Notes: generated by a model from the sequence alone, not told the origin. DNA of 64,000 bases from a virus (IMGVR_UViG_3300025000_000077:11261-75260); one strand, 5' to 3'. Counted from the first letter of the stretch, positions 19,007 to 30,627 are shown. Program-made: numbers and translations.

Positions 19007-22000
19007 ATGATTATTATCTATGTTTCAAGTACCGAACTGGATGCAAATTACAAAGTAGATGGATCAGCGGATCAAGTACAGATCAATAACGCGCTCACGT
19101 ATGCACATACCAACGGGACCTTCGTCTCTCCAATAACCGTGTACCTCCGCGGACCGTACATATACGATCTAACAGACAGCCTCTTAGTCGGCTCTAATAC
19201 GATTTTAACCGGAGATGCAACCGCTATTGTCAGATTACATAATTCTGCATCGTGGGGAGCATGGAAGCCGCTAATCAACCAAATTTCAGGCGTGATCCCT
19301 CAAAATTTCACACTTTCGAATATCACCCTTGATGGAAATTACGCAAATCAGCCTGAATACTCTGCCGGGAATTGGGGCAAAGGGTACTATCCTGGACTCT
19401 ATTTGCAGGGCACGCTCTCAAACCCCGTTCGAAATGTTATAATTCACAATACAATTATAAAAAACATGCTCACCGATGGGGCAAGAATATCCTACGGAAA
19501 CGGCTTCGAATTTTATAATAACAAAACTATAGAATGTATGCACGAGGGCGTTTTTGTCCTGCGTTCGTTAAATTGCAACATTTATAATAATGATTTTACC
19601 ATCAGGACAAATAGCGGACCCCGTTGTTATAACTCTCAGAATGTCAATATCTACGGCAATACGATGCGCCCTTATGCGCTTAATTCTGTAGCTGGGAATT
19701 TTGGAATCCAGATAGAAGACAATTCAGCACAGGGCGACATCATAACAAATAATATCAATTGTTATAATAACACGATAACCGATTGCTGGGGTGGCGGGAT
19801 CTGGTGTATAGATCTCAGAGGAACGGCGACAAACAAAAATATAAAAATCCACGATAATACGATAACCGGCTGTGGGAGGATCACCACTACCTCGTACAAT
19901 GCAGGTATTTGTATTCAGGGATTTAATGACATTGAAGTATATAATAATATTATAAAAAACAATTATAACGCAGGAATATTGATCCCGTCGGCCCCGTCTG
20001 GTGGATCGGGATATATCTATTATTATGATGATAATGTAGTTTCTGGCACACTTGACACGCTAAACCCTTCAAAAAGTGCCGGGCACGGCTTCGGAATTGT
20101 AAACAGGTATCCTTCAGTTGTAACAGTTGCAGGGCACGGGAATATTGTCACAGGAAACGTAAATGGTGATTATTATCAAGTGTCGAATATAAATGACGTT
20201 TCGACAACTGCACCAATAAAACCAATTCCATCCATTCGCATAAATGAAACTGATGAAATTGTAGACTATTATGTGGATAATTATTCTGCATATGTTAACG
20301 GATATCCTATCAAAATTTTAGGATACGACGCGGACACCGATCAGAGTATTTCAACAGATAAACCGCCGGGGTTCGACGGTTGGGTATTGGGCGATTTCGG
20401 CTCAGATGGTTGCTCTATAAACGTTAGGTGCTTTGGATTCGGAAAACATGACGTCAGACGCGCTGTAGCTGCATGGAAAAAACAGGGCAGGACATTTGTA
20501 GAGCTCGGTGGAGATTCTGCAGGCTGGCAGGTCTCAGGAGTCACACGCGCACACGCATCAAGAAAAGATCTCGACGCTGGAGATATAGTCTCAGATGACG
20601 GGCCTAACAATTATAATATTGTTTTTTATTGTGACACACCCTTTGAAGAGTCTGTTAACAAGCACGTCAGAGCGCGAAAACTTACTTATTCTGGTGAACG
20701 GTGGAGTTCGGATAATACCTATGCTGGGAACATTGTAAAAAATGCCTCTTTTGAGGAATGGACTAGAGATACTACACAGTCGTGGAATTTAAAAACACCG
20801 GCCGCATCTGTTAATTTTACATGTGTTGAATTTTCACCAGATCTTGAACAGTATTGTGCGGTTGCTGATTCTGGCACAGGAAACAGGATTCAGATTTCTT
20901 CCTTTGGCAACGCATGGGCAATCCCTGCAACGAATCCAGCCAATGTAAATATAAATTGGAAAGGGGCAGCATGGGGAGATACAGTAGGGATAGAATCAAC
21001 CGGGGACCCTGCTCCCTTTGTTATGGTTTCCTCTGATAATTATATTTTAGTATCCTCTGATGATTATATTCTCGTGTCAGGGGATATGAGCACCGCCACT
21101 GCTTTACAAAACGGTAGATGGGTTATCGTGGGGTATTCCGCTGCGACAAATGGGGCAGCATATTCAGAAGACGGGGAATCCTGGACAGCAGGAGTGACAC
21201 CAAACATAAATCTTGAAGACGTTTGCTATGTTAAGGACATCGACTCGGGCATTTACCGCTATATCGCGGTTGCCTCTTCCGGTGCTGATAGAGTAATCTA
21301 TACAGATGACGGGGGGGAAACATGGACAGCGGTTTCATCCGCAGATGACGCGGAAACATGGGTTTCAGTTGACTATGCCACTGACATCAAAACGATAGTT
21401 GCGGTTGCTTCCTCGGGAAAAATAATGCACTCCGTTGATTACGGGATCTCATGGACGCTTGCTACCGCTCCCTCCCAGATCTGGAACGAAGTAAAAAGGG
21501 CTGTCTATCTTGGGTTATTTGTAGCCACTTCAACGAATGGGACTCAGCAGATAGCGACGTCTACGACAGGGGAAAGTTGGACTTTGCAAGATGTGCCATA
21601 CGGAGGCACTTCCATAGTGCCCGGCGGTGGTGACCTCGAAACTATCACGTATTCTACAGATATAGCGTTGCCAGGCATAGTTTATACGTCGGCTGCAACT
21701 GAATACACATCCAAAGATACAAGCCTGGAACTCACAACGGCTCTCCCTGCTCTCACCGGTGGAAATATTTACAGGATTGACCAGATATCTTGCAAGTTGA
21801 GGACTTTGCTTGCCGGGAAAGTCGCATACCTGAAAGTTACTATTCAGGCAGCGTCTCTGTATTCCGGTGTCGAAACTCAGATAGTAGAATGGACAAATAA
21901 CACTAGCACATATATCACGAAATCATTGGATCTGGCTCTCGAATCAGAAACCGACGAGGCTGTGATATTCAGATATTACATGAAAACATCTGATTCTAAT

Positions 22001-23863
22001 TATCGGGCAGCAGCAACGGCATTAGGATACAAGGCAACTATACAAAGCACTACCGGAGGCACTGTCGGGTACAATTACAATGAATGGACGGGGCTGGCAA
22101 TCGCTGACGATCTAAAATATATTGTAGCAGTCGCACAGACGGGAACCGGAAACCGCCTGATGAATTCTACAAATGCAGGTATATGGAATCTCGCAGCGTT
22201 TGCATCAGATAGAGCCTGGAAATCCGGCTGTTTCTCACCATCTCAGATGAAATTCGTGATGGTTGGAAGCTCAGGCGCGATAATGACTTCCGAGGATTAC
22301 GGCACGTACCGGGCAGACGGTTGGACATACGGGGAAACTTCTAAGCCATCCAGATCTGAATACTCAAACGATGGATACCTATCATTATGTATAACAGGCG
22401 ACGGTATAACAGAAGAACCCGGCATGATAACCCAGCCTGCTCAGTTTGCAGCAGGCACAACATATTCACTGACTGGATATTGTGAGAAAGTTGGGTCTTC
22501 TGGGTCTGCTGTAATTGATATAGCTGCAAACGGGCAGGTACTCGCCTCAATTGAATGGATAGACGACGACGTATTTTCGATGAAGCAAAGTTTTATTAAA
22601 TTCGATGTGATCCCCCCAGATGCCATGATTAGAATACATGGGGCAGGGACCCCGGACAATTCAACGAGCATGTATTTTGATACCGTTTGCGTACAAAAAC
22701 TGACAGATTATGAGGTATTCGAAAACGGTGTTGACATCCTGACCACCGGGACGGTAGAAACAATCCCGGACATTTCAATCCAGGCACTTGGGTCACTCTC
22801 CGGATCAGTCGAAGGAAGGGAAACGGCGGGAGAAAGTAAAACACACACTGATGCAACAAATGTGGGGGGTACGGTATATACTACATATCAGTTGCAGGAT
22901 TTTTTCAATTATACAATCACCGGAGTAGTTGGAAAAAAATACAGAATCGATAAAGTTGGAATCAAGGGGTGTACTGCGTCATCAGGGGGAAGGTGTGATT
23001 CAAAAATCGAAGTCTACTTCGGGTCCACTCTCAGGGGAACCTACACTTTCTCGTCGTCTACTGTGCTATATTCCTATACAACTCATTCAGCGGCTCCATC
23101 TATTACAGCCGCAGATGGTCAATCGGTGACATTCAAGTACTACCTCAAAACGTCAGATGCAGCCAAACGCGCTTATATCCGGGATGCTACATCCACGATT
23201 ACAGAAGTTCTGGAAACCCCAACGGTGACAATAGATGCGGGTATTTCAATCTACAATGTAGCCGACCCCCTGACAGTATTACGGTTATGTAATAAAATCT
23301 ATCCCGGAATTACATTGACGATAGGAGCAGACGGAACGGGAAATATCAAATATTCCGAGAATTTCTCGGATTCAACGTATCAAACTACTGTGCTATCAAG
23401 ATCGGGAGATTCGTACTCGGAATCATTAAAAAGGGTGACGCTTACAGGTTCTCTTGTGTGGGAATTTGATACACTTTATCCGATCACCGGGATTCCATAT
23501 GTGATACTGTATATCGTTTCGGGTATCCCGAAACTGGAAATATCGACGGATAACATGACCTGGACGGCGTGTGATTCGAATAGCACTGTAGGAGTTACCG
23601 ATTCTACAGTATCAAGAGAACTGGATAATGCATCGGCTCCACTCAGGCTATACGGCAAAACTAAATTTTATATGAGGTTATCACCGGCAAGCGGCACTCT
23701 TATAATCAAATCGGTCTATATGTTTTCATACCTGATCACGATAGACGCTGAACATCCCGTTATTGCTCCGACGGGTGTGGCGGAAACTTTCGCCGTAACA
23801 ATGTCTAATAATGTGCCATGTATAATAACTATGAAATATTCGAACAAACATTGGGTGGTCTGA
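19007..23863 (+). CDS. Distal tail protein with N-terminal disaggregatase-like beta-helix, Asp-box propeller and CBM-like domains
   Basis: YVS...DGSADQVQINNAL...VYLRGPYIY...LLVGSNTILTGD...W..WKPLI resembles Methanosarcina disaggregatase-associated domains. Asp boxes SEDGESW, TDDGGETW, SVDYGISW. Confidence 0.7.
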   Translation: MIIIYVSSTELDANYKVDGSADQVQINNALTYAHTNGTFVSPITVYLRGPYIYDLTDSLLVGSNTILTGDATAIVRLHNSASWGAWKPLINQISGVIPQNFTLSNITLDGNYANQPEYSAGNWGKGYYPGLYLQGTLSNPVRNVIIHNTIIKNMLTDGARISYGNGFEFYNNKTIECMHEGVFVLRSLNCNIYNNDFTIRTNSGPRCYNSQNVNIYGNTMRPYALNSVAGNFGIQIEDNSAQGDIITNNINCYNNTITDCWGGGIWCIDLRGTATNKNIKIHDNTITGCGRITTTSYNAGICIQGFNDIEVYNNIIKNNYNAGILIPSAPSGGSGYIYYYDDNVVSGTLDTLNPSKSAGHGFGIVNRYPSVVTVAGHGNIVTGNVNGDYYQVSNINDVSTTAPIKPIPSIRINETDEIVDYYVDNYSAYVNGYPIKILGYDADTDQSISTDKPPGFDGWVLGDFGSDGCSINVRCFGFGKHDVRRAVAAWKKQGRTFVELGGDSAGWQVSGVTRAHASRKDLDAGDIVSDDGPNNYNIVFYCDTPFEESVNKHVRARKLTYSGERWSSDNTYAGNIVKNASFEEWTRDTTQSWNLKTPAASVNFTCVEFSPDLEQYCAVADSGTGNRIQISSFGNAWAIPATNPANVNINWKGAAWGDTVGIESTGDPAPFVMVSSDNYILVSSDDYILVSGDMSTATALQNGRWVIVGYSAATNGAAYSEDGESWTAGVTPNINLEDVCYVKDIDSGIYRYIAVASSGADRVIYTDDGGETWTAVSSADDAETWVSVDYATDIKTIVAVASSGKIMHSVDYGISWTLATAPSQIWNEVKRAVYLGLFVATSTNGTQQIATSTTGESWTLQDVPYGGTSIVPGGGDLETITYSTDIALPGIVYTSAATEYTSKDTSLELTTALPALTGGNIYRIDQISCKLRTLLAGKVAYLKVTIQAASLYSGVETQIVEWTNNTSTYITKSLDLALESETDEAVIFRYYMKTSDSNYRAAATALGYKATIQSTTGGTVGYNYNEWTGLAIADDLKYIVAVAQTGTGNRLMNSTNAGIWNLAAFASDRAWKSGCFSPSQMKFVMVGSSGAIMTSEDYGTYRADGWTYGETSKPSRSEYSNDGYLSLCITGDGITEEPGMITQPAQFAAGTTYSLTGYCEKVGSSGSAVIDIAANGQVLASIEWIDDDVFSMKQSFIKFDVIPPDAMIRIHGAGTPDNSTSMYFDTVCVQKLTDYEVFENGVDILTTGTVETIPDISIQALGSLSGSVEGRETAGESKTHTDATNVGGTVYTTYQLQDFFNYTITGVVGKKYRIDKVGIKGCTASSGGRCDSKIEVYFGSTLRGTYTFSSSTVLYSYTTHSAAPSITAADGQSVTFKYYLKTSDAAKRAYIRDATSTITEVLETPTVTIDAGISIYNVADPLTVLRLCNKIYPGITLTIGADGTGNIKYSENFSDSTYQTTVLSRSGDSYSESLKRVTLTGSLVWEFDTLYPITGIPYVILYIVSGIPKLEISTDNMTWTACDSNSTVGVTDSTVSRELDNASAPLRLYGKTKFYMRLSPASGTLIIKSVYMFSYLITIDAEHPVIAPTGVAETFAVTMSNNVPCIITMKYSNKHWVV

Positions 23864-25050
23864 TGCTCTGGTTTTTCCGCCCCCGGATCAGTATTCAAAA
23901 ACCTAATGGGCAGAAATACTACCCAAAACAAGTTACTGCATCAGTGACCGATGCTTATCCTTATTCAGATGCCCCCTATGCCCAAATAGAACTCGCTACG
24001 AATAGAAGTCCAGAAACTGCCGAGTACATCAATCCAGTCGAGGAGGATGATATCGTCAGGGTCCAGGTATCCTGTCGAATGTCGGAAAAGGAAAAATGTG
24101 TATTTGTGGATCTTTTTGAGGGTCGAGTCCGGTCCATAGATGGGGAGTACAACACAAAAAACAATACTACCGTCTCATGCAGAGGGCACATAGATGAGGC
24201 AGCAAAACTTCTTATCGATGAGTCTAAAACGTGGACCGGGACTATAGAGGCGAGAACCATTTTAGGCGACCTGGTTACTCCTGCCCGCCATGTTTCCCGA
24301 CTTACGTGGCTGAATCAGGCTCCTCATGTTGATCAAAGTGGGGTAGTTAGTTTTACTGATCCCGAATCCGCATATGCAACAAAAGCAGATCAAACTTATT
24401 TATCAAGTGTATTCAAGGATCTTGAAAAAGAGTCGGGGAGCACTTGGAAAATAGGTACTAAGAGCACTTATACGGTGGGAGGCTCACTCGACAAAACGTA
24501 TCTGACGTGGAAAAAACTTGATACCACACCCACAAATAAATACAAAGCGATCCAGGGAACTGCCCGTTATCTAGGTAGCAATTTTGAAATTTCCATTGAA
24601 GACCAGGCGACCCAGGTTAAAATAAAAGGGGACACTCCCACCAGTGGAACTCAGTACACTGGAACAGCTACGGATGCAACCGCAGTTGCTAGATATGGAT
24701 ACAAAACAGATGTAGACATCTACTCTCAATTACAGAGCAATGCGACATGTGCGAGTATTGCTGCAGGTATCCTCCCGTCTAAAGTTTCAGCCAGTATTTC
24801 AGGTACTATAAAATTAGTTGGCACACCTGAAGCTCATCCGGGAGACATGGTTTATGTGAGATCGAGGAGCACGGAATTGAACGGAGCAATTGTCGCAGGG
24901 AATTTTAACGTTTATCGCGTCAGACATAATATCACATCGTCTTCCTATACTACAGAAATACAAGTCGGTGGAATAATAACCGATGCATACGATCTGATAA
25001 AAAACATAAAAACAATAGCAGTAACTACAAAATGTAATCAGGTAAAATAA
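23863..25050 (+). CDS. Baseplate hub / tail tip protein
   Basis: LFEGRVRSI and PGDMVYV...VYRVRHNI patterns; position after the distal tail gene. Confidence 0.65.
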   Translation: MLWFFRPRISIQKPNGQKYYPKQVTASVTDAYPYSDAPYAQIELATNRSPETAEYINPVEEDDIVRVQVSCRMSEKEKCVFVDLFEGRVRSIDGEYNTKNNTTVSCRGHIDEAAKLLIDESKTWTGTIEARTILGDLVTPARHVSRLTWLNQAPHVDQSGVVSFTDPESAYATKADQTYLSSVFKDLEKESGSTWKIGTKSTYTVGGSLDKTYLTWKKLDTTPTNKYKAIQGTARYLGSNFEISIEDQATQVKIKGDTPTSGTQYTGTATDATAVARYGYKTDVDIYSQLQSNATCASIAAGILPSKVSASISGTIKLVGTPEAHPGDMVYVRSRSTELNGAIVAGNFNVYRVRHNITSSSYTTEIQVGGIITDAYDLIKNIKTIAVTTKCNQVK

Positions 25051-25067
25051 AACGGAGCTAAAAAAAC

Positions 25068-27065
25068 ATGGCAACTGAATACCCTGTAACTATTGATATA
25101 GCCGCTATCGTGGACTCTCTAACTAATTCAAGGGACCCAAACACACACGCTGCAACCCACAAAACAGGAGGAACGGATGCAGTAAAAATAACGGAACTCG
25201 CGGTAGCAGATAATGTAACCACAATGAACTCGACGACTACAAGGCCGGGACTGCTACCCAGATTATCCAATGTAGCAACTGAATACATGGACGGGACAGG
25301 CAATTGGTCTGCACCTGCGGGAGGCGGTGGTAGTGTGACTTACCCCGGAGTGGCATCTGTATTCCTGAACGGGACAGGAGGATTTTCTGTCCCTGCTGCG
25401 TCAGGCTCTGTTTTTCGTCCATTTCTCTCAATTGGAAAAACCAATTCAGGCGCAGATTACATATGTGACGGGGTGGATGACCATGTCCAATTTCAGGCGT
25501 GTTTTAACGCTGCTCCCTCCGGTTCTGTGATTTTAATACTTCCTGGTACATACACTTTTGGAGCAGGGGTAACAGTATATCAAAATTATAAAGATCTTAC
25601 AATAATCGGTCTTTCAGCGCCGGAAGATGTCGTCATAAATGTGGCCACGTACAACCCTGCAATATATTTTAACGGTCAGCTTGTCTCAAATCAAAATTTG
25701 ACTGCTAACGCGGCTAAAGACGCATGGGCGGTCACTGTTTCAAGCACGTCAGGTATCGCAGCCGGGGATATAATTGTAATTAATAATAATGTCAAGTGGT
25801 GTCCGGATTATTACGCCGACCAGACAGCCGGGGAAGCGTATCTAGTAAAAAGCGTATCTGGCGGCACAATAAACTTGAATGAACCTCTGTTGAGGGCATA
25901 TAATACGTCTGAGGCATCAGAAATTAAAGTGTACCGGCCTATCCGGATGCATATTGAAAATATTACATTGTCAAATGCATCAGGGACCGGCGAATATGCA
26001 GGGCTGAGATTATCTTTTGCAAAAGACAGCATAATTAAAAACTGCCATTTTTATAATAACGGTCTTGCGAGTGTCCGGGTACAGGGCTGCTATAACTGCT
26101 TCGTAGAACAAAACAAAATAATGGACAGTATCCATGCTGGCAACGGTTACGGGATTTCAGTTTATGACGCAGCTGCATATATCACACTGCGAGACAACAG
26201 GGTAGAAAATTGCAGACACTGCATAATGTCAGGAACTTCAAGCTTCGAAGCACTTAATAGAGACATTGTGATCGAAAATAATACGTTGATAGGCGGGGAT
26301 GTGACCGGATCAGATGTATTAGACTGCCATCCGAGTACGATAAACCAATTTGTAAGGTGCAACAAAATATATCCAAAATCGACACATAACGCAATCTGGG
26401 ACGGGAGCAAATACTCTATCATAGAGTCAAACGAAATCCATAGCGGGTATGCTGCAATATGCAGGAGAGGGACCGTAACCGGTGGGTATCACATAATAAG
26501 GGATAATTATATGGACGGCAGCGCGATAATGTACACAGCTGTTGATACATCCATAGGTGATACTCTTATCATTGAAGGTAATCAATTCATAGGTCCGAGT
26601 TCATACGGCATCAATCTCGATGCTGAGACATATGACCACATTATAATAAAAGACAATATCATCAAAGATTGCACAAGTCATGGGATAATCATCATTGGTA
26701 GACACGCGGGTACATGTATATCAATCGAAGACAATGAAATACGTTCTTTGGTCGGCAATGCCATCAAGATAGACCATTCTTCATATACAAATGGAAAAGT
26801 CCGGATACACGGAAATAGGATCTCAGAGGCAAATCGGAATAACACAACATGGTCGTCAGTATATCTGAAAAACATAACGAATGCCTCAATTACCGGGAAC
26901 AGGATAACAGATGCGGACATGAATCAAAAATATTGTATTCAAGAAGATACCGGGTGCGACTATAACAGAATCGCTTTCAATGATTTTTCAAGGTTCGCAA
27001 CGGCAGCTCTTATGACTGTTGGCGCAAACGACACGATATCATATAATTTAGGTATCGACATATAA
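25068..27065 (+). CDS. Tail fibre/spike with right-handed beta-helix (receptor-binding or depolymerase)
   Basis: HAATHKTGGTD fibre motif, CDGVDDHVQ, Asn-ladder repeats. Paralogous to 27082..29166. Confidence 0.75.
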   Translation: MATEYPVTIDIAAIVDSLTNSRDPNTHAATHKTGGTDAVKITELAVADNVTTMNSTTTRPGLLPRLSNVATEYMDGTGNWSAPAGGGGSVTYPGVASVFLNGTGGFSVPAASGSVFRPFLSIGKTNSGADYICDGVDDHVQFQACFNAAPSGSVILILPGTYTFGAGVTVYQNYKDLTIIGLSAPEDVVINVATYNPAIYFNGQLVSNQNLTANAAKDAWAVTVSSTSGIAAGDIIVINNNVKWCPDYYADQTAGEAYLVKSVSGGTINLNEPLLRAYNTSEASEIKVYRPIRMHIENITLSNASGTGEYAGLRLSFAKDSIIKNCHFYNNGLASVRVQGCYNCFVEQNKIMDSIHAGNGYGISVYDAAAYITLRDNRVENCRHCIMSGTSSFEALNRDIVIENNTLIGGDVTGSDVLDCHPSTINQFVRCNKIYPKSTHNAIWDGSKYSIIESNEIHSGYAAICRRGTVTGGYHIIRDNYMDGSAIMYTAVDTSIGDTLIIEGNQFIGPSSYGINLDAETYDHIIIKDNIIKDCTSHGIIIIGRHAGTCISIEDNEIRSLVGNAIKIDHSSYTNGKVRIHGNRISEANRNNTTWSSVYLKNITNASITGNRITDADMNQKYCIQEDTGCDYNRIAFNDFSRFATAALMTVGANDTISYNLGIDI

Positions 27066-27081
27066 AAACAGGAGGTATAAA

Positions 27082-29166
27082 ATGATAAATATTCAATCCG
27101 CGCTGAATGCTGCTAAATCAGGAGGCACAGTCATAATTCCAGAGGGGGTGTATTCAGTTACATCCCCCCTTATCCAGACATCTAAAAACCTGACAATCAG
27201 GGGAGAAGGGGCGGTAACCTTAAACCTTGATGTTGGAAGTGCTCAAGGTATGCAGTTAGGTGGCACTCTTGTTACTTCTCAGGCTCTTTCGAGCAATGTT
27301 CTGAAAGGTTCATCTCAGGTGGTTTTAAGAGATGCTTCCTCCGTCCGCCAGGGTGATCTAATCCGAATTTGGAAAAATGTAAAATGGTGTCCACTGGATT
27401 ACCCGGACCAGACCACAGGAGAACTGTACAAGGTCAAAAGCGTAAGCGGTAATGTCATAGCACTGAATGAGCCTCTTTTGAGAGATTACAGCCTCTCTGA
27501 TACCGTAAAAACCGAAGTATTCAGGCCCATTGAAGTACACATAGAAAATATCAGATTCCAGAATAAAGATTCAAAAGGAGTTCGGGAAGGACTTGCCCTA
27601 AGATACTGTAAGGATTCTTCAGTTTCAAATTGTTGGTTTAAAGATAATGGTCAGGCATCCCTTAGACTTTTCACCTGTTTCAATGTAAATGTAAAAAATA
27701 ACGAGATGTATAATTCCGTTCATGAAGGTAATGGTTACGGGGTCTCTGTTGCTGATACTTGTGCCTTTGTCACAATTGAAGATAATCATATAGAGAACTG
27801 CAGACATACTATAATGAGCGGGACAGGGGATTTCAAAGCTCTTAATCGTGGTGTCGTGATCAATCGCAATACTCTGATAGGGGGAGCTCTTACGGGTGCT
27901 CAGGTGGTCGATGCTCATCCTATGACAATTGATTACCTGGTCACTAATAACAAAATTTACCCAAAGCCTGCTTATATTGCCTTTCTCGATGGTGCATATC
28001 GGTCTGAATTTTCAGGAAATGAGGTTTATGGAGGATACGGGACCGTCGCCAGAAGAGGAAGCGTTAACGGTGGGGTCCACGTCATAAAAAACAACTTCAT
28101 AAAAAGCGGGTATATTTATGGAGGCATCGGGACCGGGACGAGTGAAGCCCTTGTCATAAAAGATAATCATCAAGAGGCATGTACCTATCATTATCTTTTC
28201 AATTTGAATACCGAGAGTTTCAAGAATATCGTTGTGAGTGGAAACACTTTTAAGAATGTAGATGCCGCCGGAATTGCACTCACTTATCTGATAAACGGCG
28301 TGAATTTGGAAATCTCGAATAACACTTTTGAAAATGTGAAATCTACCGCGATCTCTGTTAATGGAAACTCTCACACAAATGGGAAAACCATTATAAGGGA
28401 CAACAAATTTACAAATGTCGGCGGGAAAATATCACTAACTGGAATTACAGCAAGTGAAACCGGCTCAATTGATATCCCAGGTGAAGAGGATTATCAAGGT
28501 TCATTGGCCGACAAATACGCTAACAGACTCAGAGAAGCAGCTCCGGAAACAGTATATAAGGATCCCGAATACATCGACGTTGGTGGCACAGATGGACCTC
28601 GGTGGAGGGATGTTATCTATTTTGATCTGAGCGAGTATGCAGGTATGGAGGACCTGACCGGGACATTATCCCTGAATTGGTATTACCCAGAGGGAAAAAC
28701 GAGAACTCAGGATACAGTAATCGAAATATACCGGCCTGCTTATGCTTGGCATCCCGACCACACAAGCTGGATCAACAGGGTACATGATAAAGCATGGAAT
28801 AATCCCGGCGGTGACTGGTATGATAAAAACGGTGTATCTCAGGGGAGCACTCCCTATGCAAGCATCACAATAAAGGGGAGTTCTCTGCCAGACAACAAAT
28901 ATTATGATCTGGATGTGTCCGGGCTCGTAGGAGAATATCTAAGCGGAAAATATGAGAATACGGGATTCTTGATTAAAGCGCGGTCAGAGGGGAGTAATTA
29001 TATTGCATTCCGGGGGATGGTTGCTGAGAGTAAGCCGCTTTTGACTGTTCGTGGGGCTGTGAACGAAACGGTTATGTGTGGGGGATGTGGTAATGGAACT
29101 TGGGTTATTAAAAAAGAGGAGGGAGTAATAAAGATTCTATGTGAAAAGTGTCTGGAGGAATATTGA
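27082..29166 (+). CDS. Beta-helix plus disaggregatase-repeat (DNRLRE-type) protein with C-terminal Zn ribbon
   Basis: ANRLREAAP...YIDVGG...RDVIYFDLSEY...LSLNWYYP...GGDWYDKNGVSQGSTPYAS...GFLIKAR; CGGC...CEKC. Confidence 0.85.
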   Translation: MINIQSALNAAKSGGTVIIPEGVYSVTSPLIQTSKNLTIRGEGAVTLNLDVGSAQGMQLGGTLVTSQALSSNVLKGSSQVVLRDASSVRQGDLIRIWKNVKWCPLDYPDQTTGELYKVKSVSGNVIALNEPLLRDYSLSDTVKTEVFRPIEVHIENIRFQNKDSKGVREGLALRYCKDSSVSNCWFKDNGQASLRLFTCFNVNVKNNEMYNSVHEGNGYGVSVADTCAFVTIEDNHIENCRHTIMSGTGDFKALNRGVVINRNTLIGGALTGAQVVDAHPMTIDYLVTNNKIYPKPAYIAFLDGAYRSEFSGNEVYGGYGTVARRGSVNGGVHVIKNNFIKSGYIYGGIGTGTSEALVIKDNHQEACTYHYLFNLNTESFKNIVVSGNTFKNVDAAGIALTYLINGVNLEISNNTFENVKSTAISVNGNSHTNGKTIIRDNKFTNVGGKISLTGITASETGSIDIPGEEDYQGSLADKYANRLREAAPETVYKDPEYIDVGGTDGPRWRDVIYFDLSEYAGMEDLTGTLSLNWYYPEGKTRTQDTVIEIYRPAYAWHPDHTSWINRVHDKAWNNPGGDWYDKNGVSQGSTPYASITIKGSSLPDNKYYDLDVSGLVGEYLSGKYENTGFLIKARSEGSNYIAFRGMVAESKPLLTVRGAVNETVMCGGCGNGTWVIKKEEGVIKILCEKCLEEY

Positions 29167-29581
29167 ATTGAAATTTAGAGGGGGAGTTTTACACTCTCCT
29201 TTCTCCCACCCATTAAACCCCATGACATACCCAGCGTCTTGAACTGCTCTTGCAAATTTTCCATATTCATGATGACACTGTAAACATTTTCTACGATATA
29301 CCCAATATTCATCCTCAAGTGCTCTTTCGGTTCGCTTGAATTAATCTTCTTTTTCATTTATTTCGGATAGTTCCATGTTATTTATACTCCTTCTGTTCAT
29401 ATTTTTTTATGAAATAATCACCCACGGCACATCGAACACGGATTTCATATTCCATTCTGAGCTTGCTTTCCTCAATTATTTCATGTAATTCTTGACGAGT
29501 AACAACATCTGCCATGCAAACAATTGGCTGGGGATCTTTTATAATTGGATTCAAACTAAAAAAGAAAGGTAACATTTATTC

Positions 29582-29980
29582 TCAGTCCCCATCAGTCCCA
29601 CAAAACTTTGAAAACTCTGCTCCTTTCAAGATGCAGAATTCTTTTCCGATTACGTCATTAACTTTCATGTATCCGTCATAACTAGACAGGCAATACCATT
29701 TATCATACATTGAAATATGTTTACACTTTATTGCTACTAATGCCTCTTTTTTATAACGCAGTTCTGGAAATACCATCAATCCTACATTTTCACCATCGTT
29801 ATTTATAAATGATATATCTGCTCCGTATGGATCTAATTTAATGTTTGAAAATCCTGCTTCGGTAAGTTGTTCAATTATAGTTTTCATTGATTTCAATCTC
29901 CATTCTTTTGTTCCTTCTTTCCCGCCCTTTGTCCATTGCCATTCTACGGTATCAGGCATGGATAGGAGAGGCTTATTCAC
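29582..29980 (-). CDS. Hypothetical protein
   Basis: Plausible ORF in a run of small minus-strand genes. Confidence 0.4.
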   Translation of the reverse strand: MNKPLLSMPDTVEWQWTKGGKEGTKEWRLKSMKTIIEQLTEAGFSNIKLDPYGADISFINNDGENVGLMVFPELRYKKEALVAIKCKHISMYDKWYCLSSYDGYMKVNDVIGKEFCILKGAEFSKFCGTDGD

Positions 29981-30308
29981 TAAACTTATTCACTTCATTC
30001 AACACAAGCTCAGAAACAGATTTTACCATCTTATATTTTCTCATTAAGTGGTAATCCCAACCTTCCCCAAACTCACATTCACAGACATCAAAATCAGGAT
30101 CTACTCCATACGGCTGTTCGTCCCAATCGAAATCTGGATCAGTCATTTTTTACACACACCACGCATCCACTTAATACCGGAATATCTATTTTAACTTCCA
30201 AATCTTCACAAAAACCATTTTTCAGACTTTCGCATGAGATACAATTTTTCGATTGTAATATATTGAAACTTTGGGGGTCATCCATTTATGCTCTCCTTTT
30301 TTATCCAC

Positions 30309-30497
30309 CTATTTAAGTTTCTTAATAGCTTTTTCTAGGTCTGTTATATGGGATTCCCACCGCATAAGATCCTCCTCATCGTCTGTTTTGTAGTACCGAA
30401 CTGAAGCTGGGTCTTTAACCCATTTAACATTTGATTTAAGCAGATCTAGTTCATTTTGAAGAATTTCTATGGCATATGACATTTTATTCACTCTCAT
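30309..30497 (-). CDS. Small coiled-coil hypothetical protein
   Basis: Amphipathic helices. Confidence 0.4.
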   Translation of the reverse strand: MRVNKMSYAIEILQNELDLLKSNVKWVKDPASVRYYKTDDEEDLMRWESHITDLEKAIKKLK

Positions 30498-30627
30498 TTA
30501 ACTTTAAATTAAAATCTCCCACAGTCCCAATCGGTACAGGGAGCACATTTATTATATTCTCCGATGATTTGTTGTCTTCATCTTTGAGTAATATTCGTGT
30601 TGGTCTCATTTTTATTATTTTAGACAT

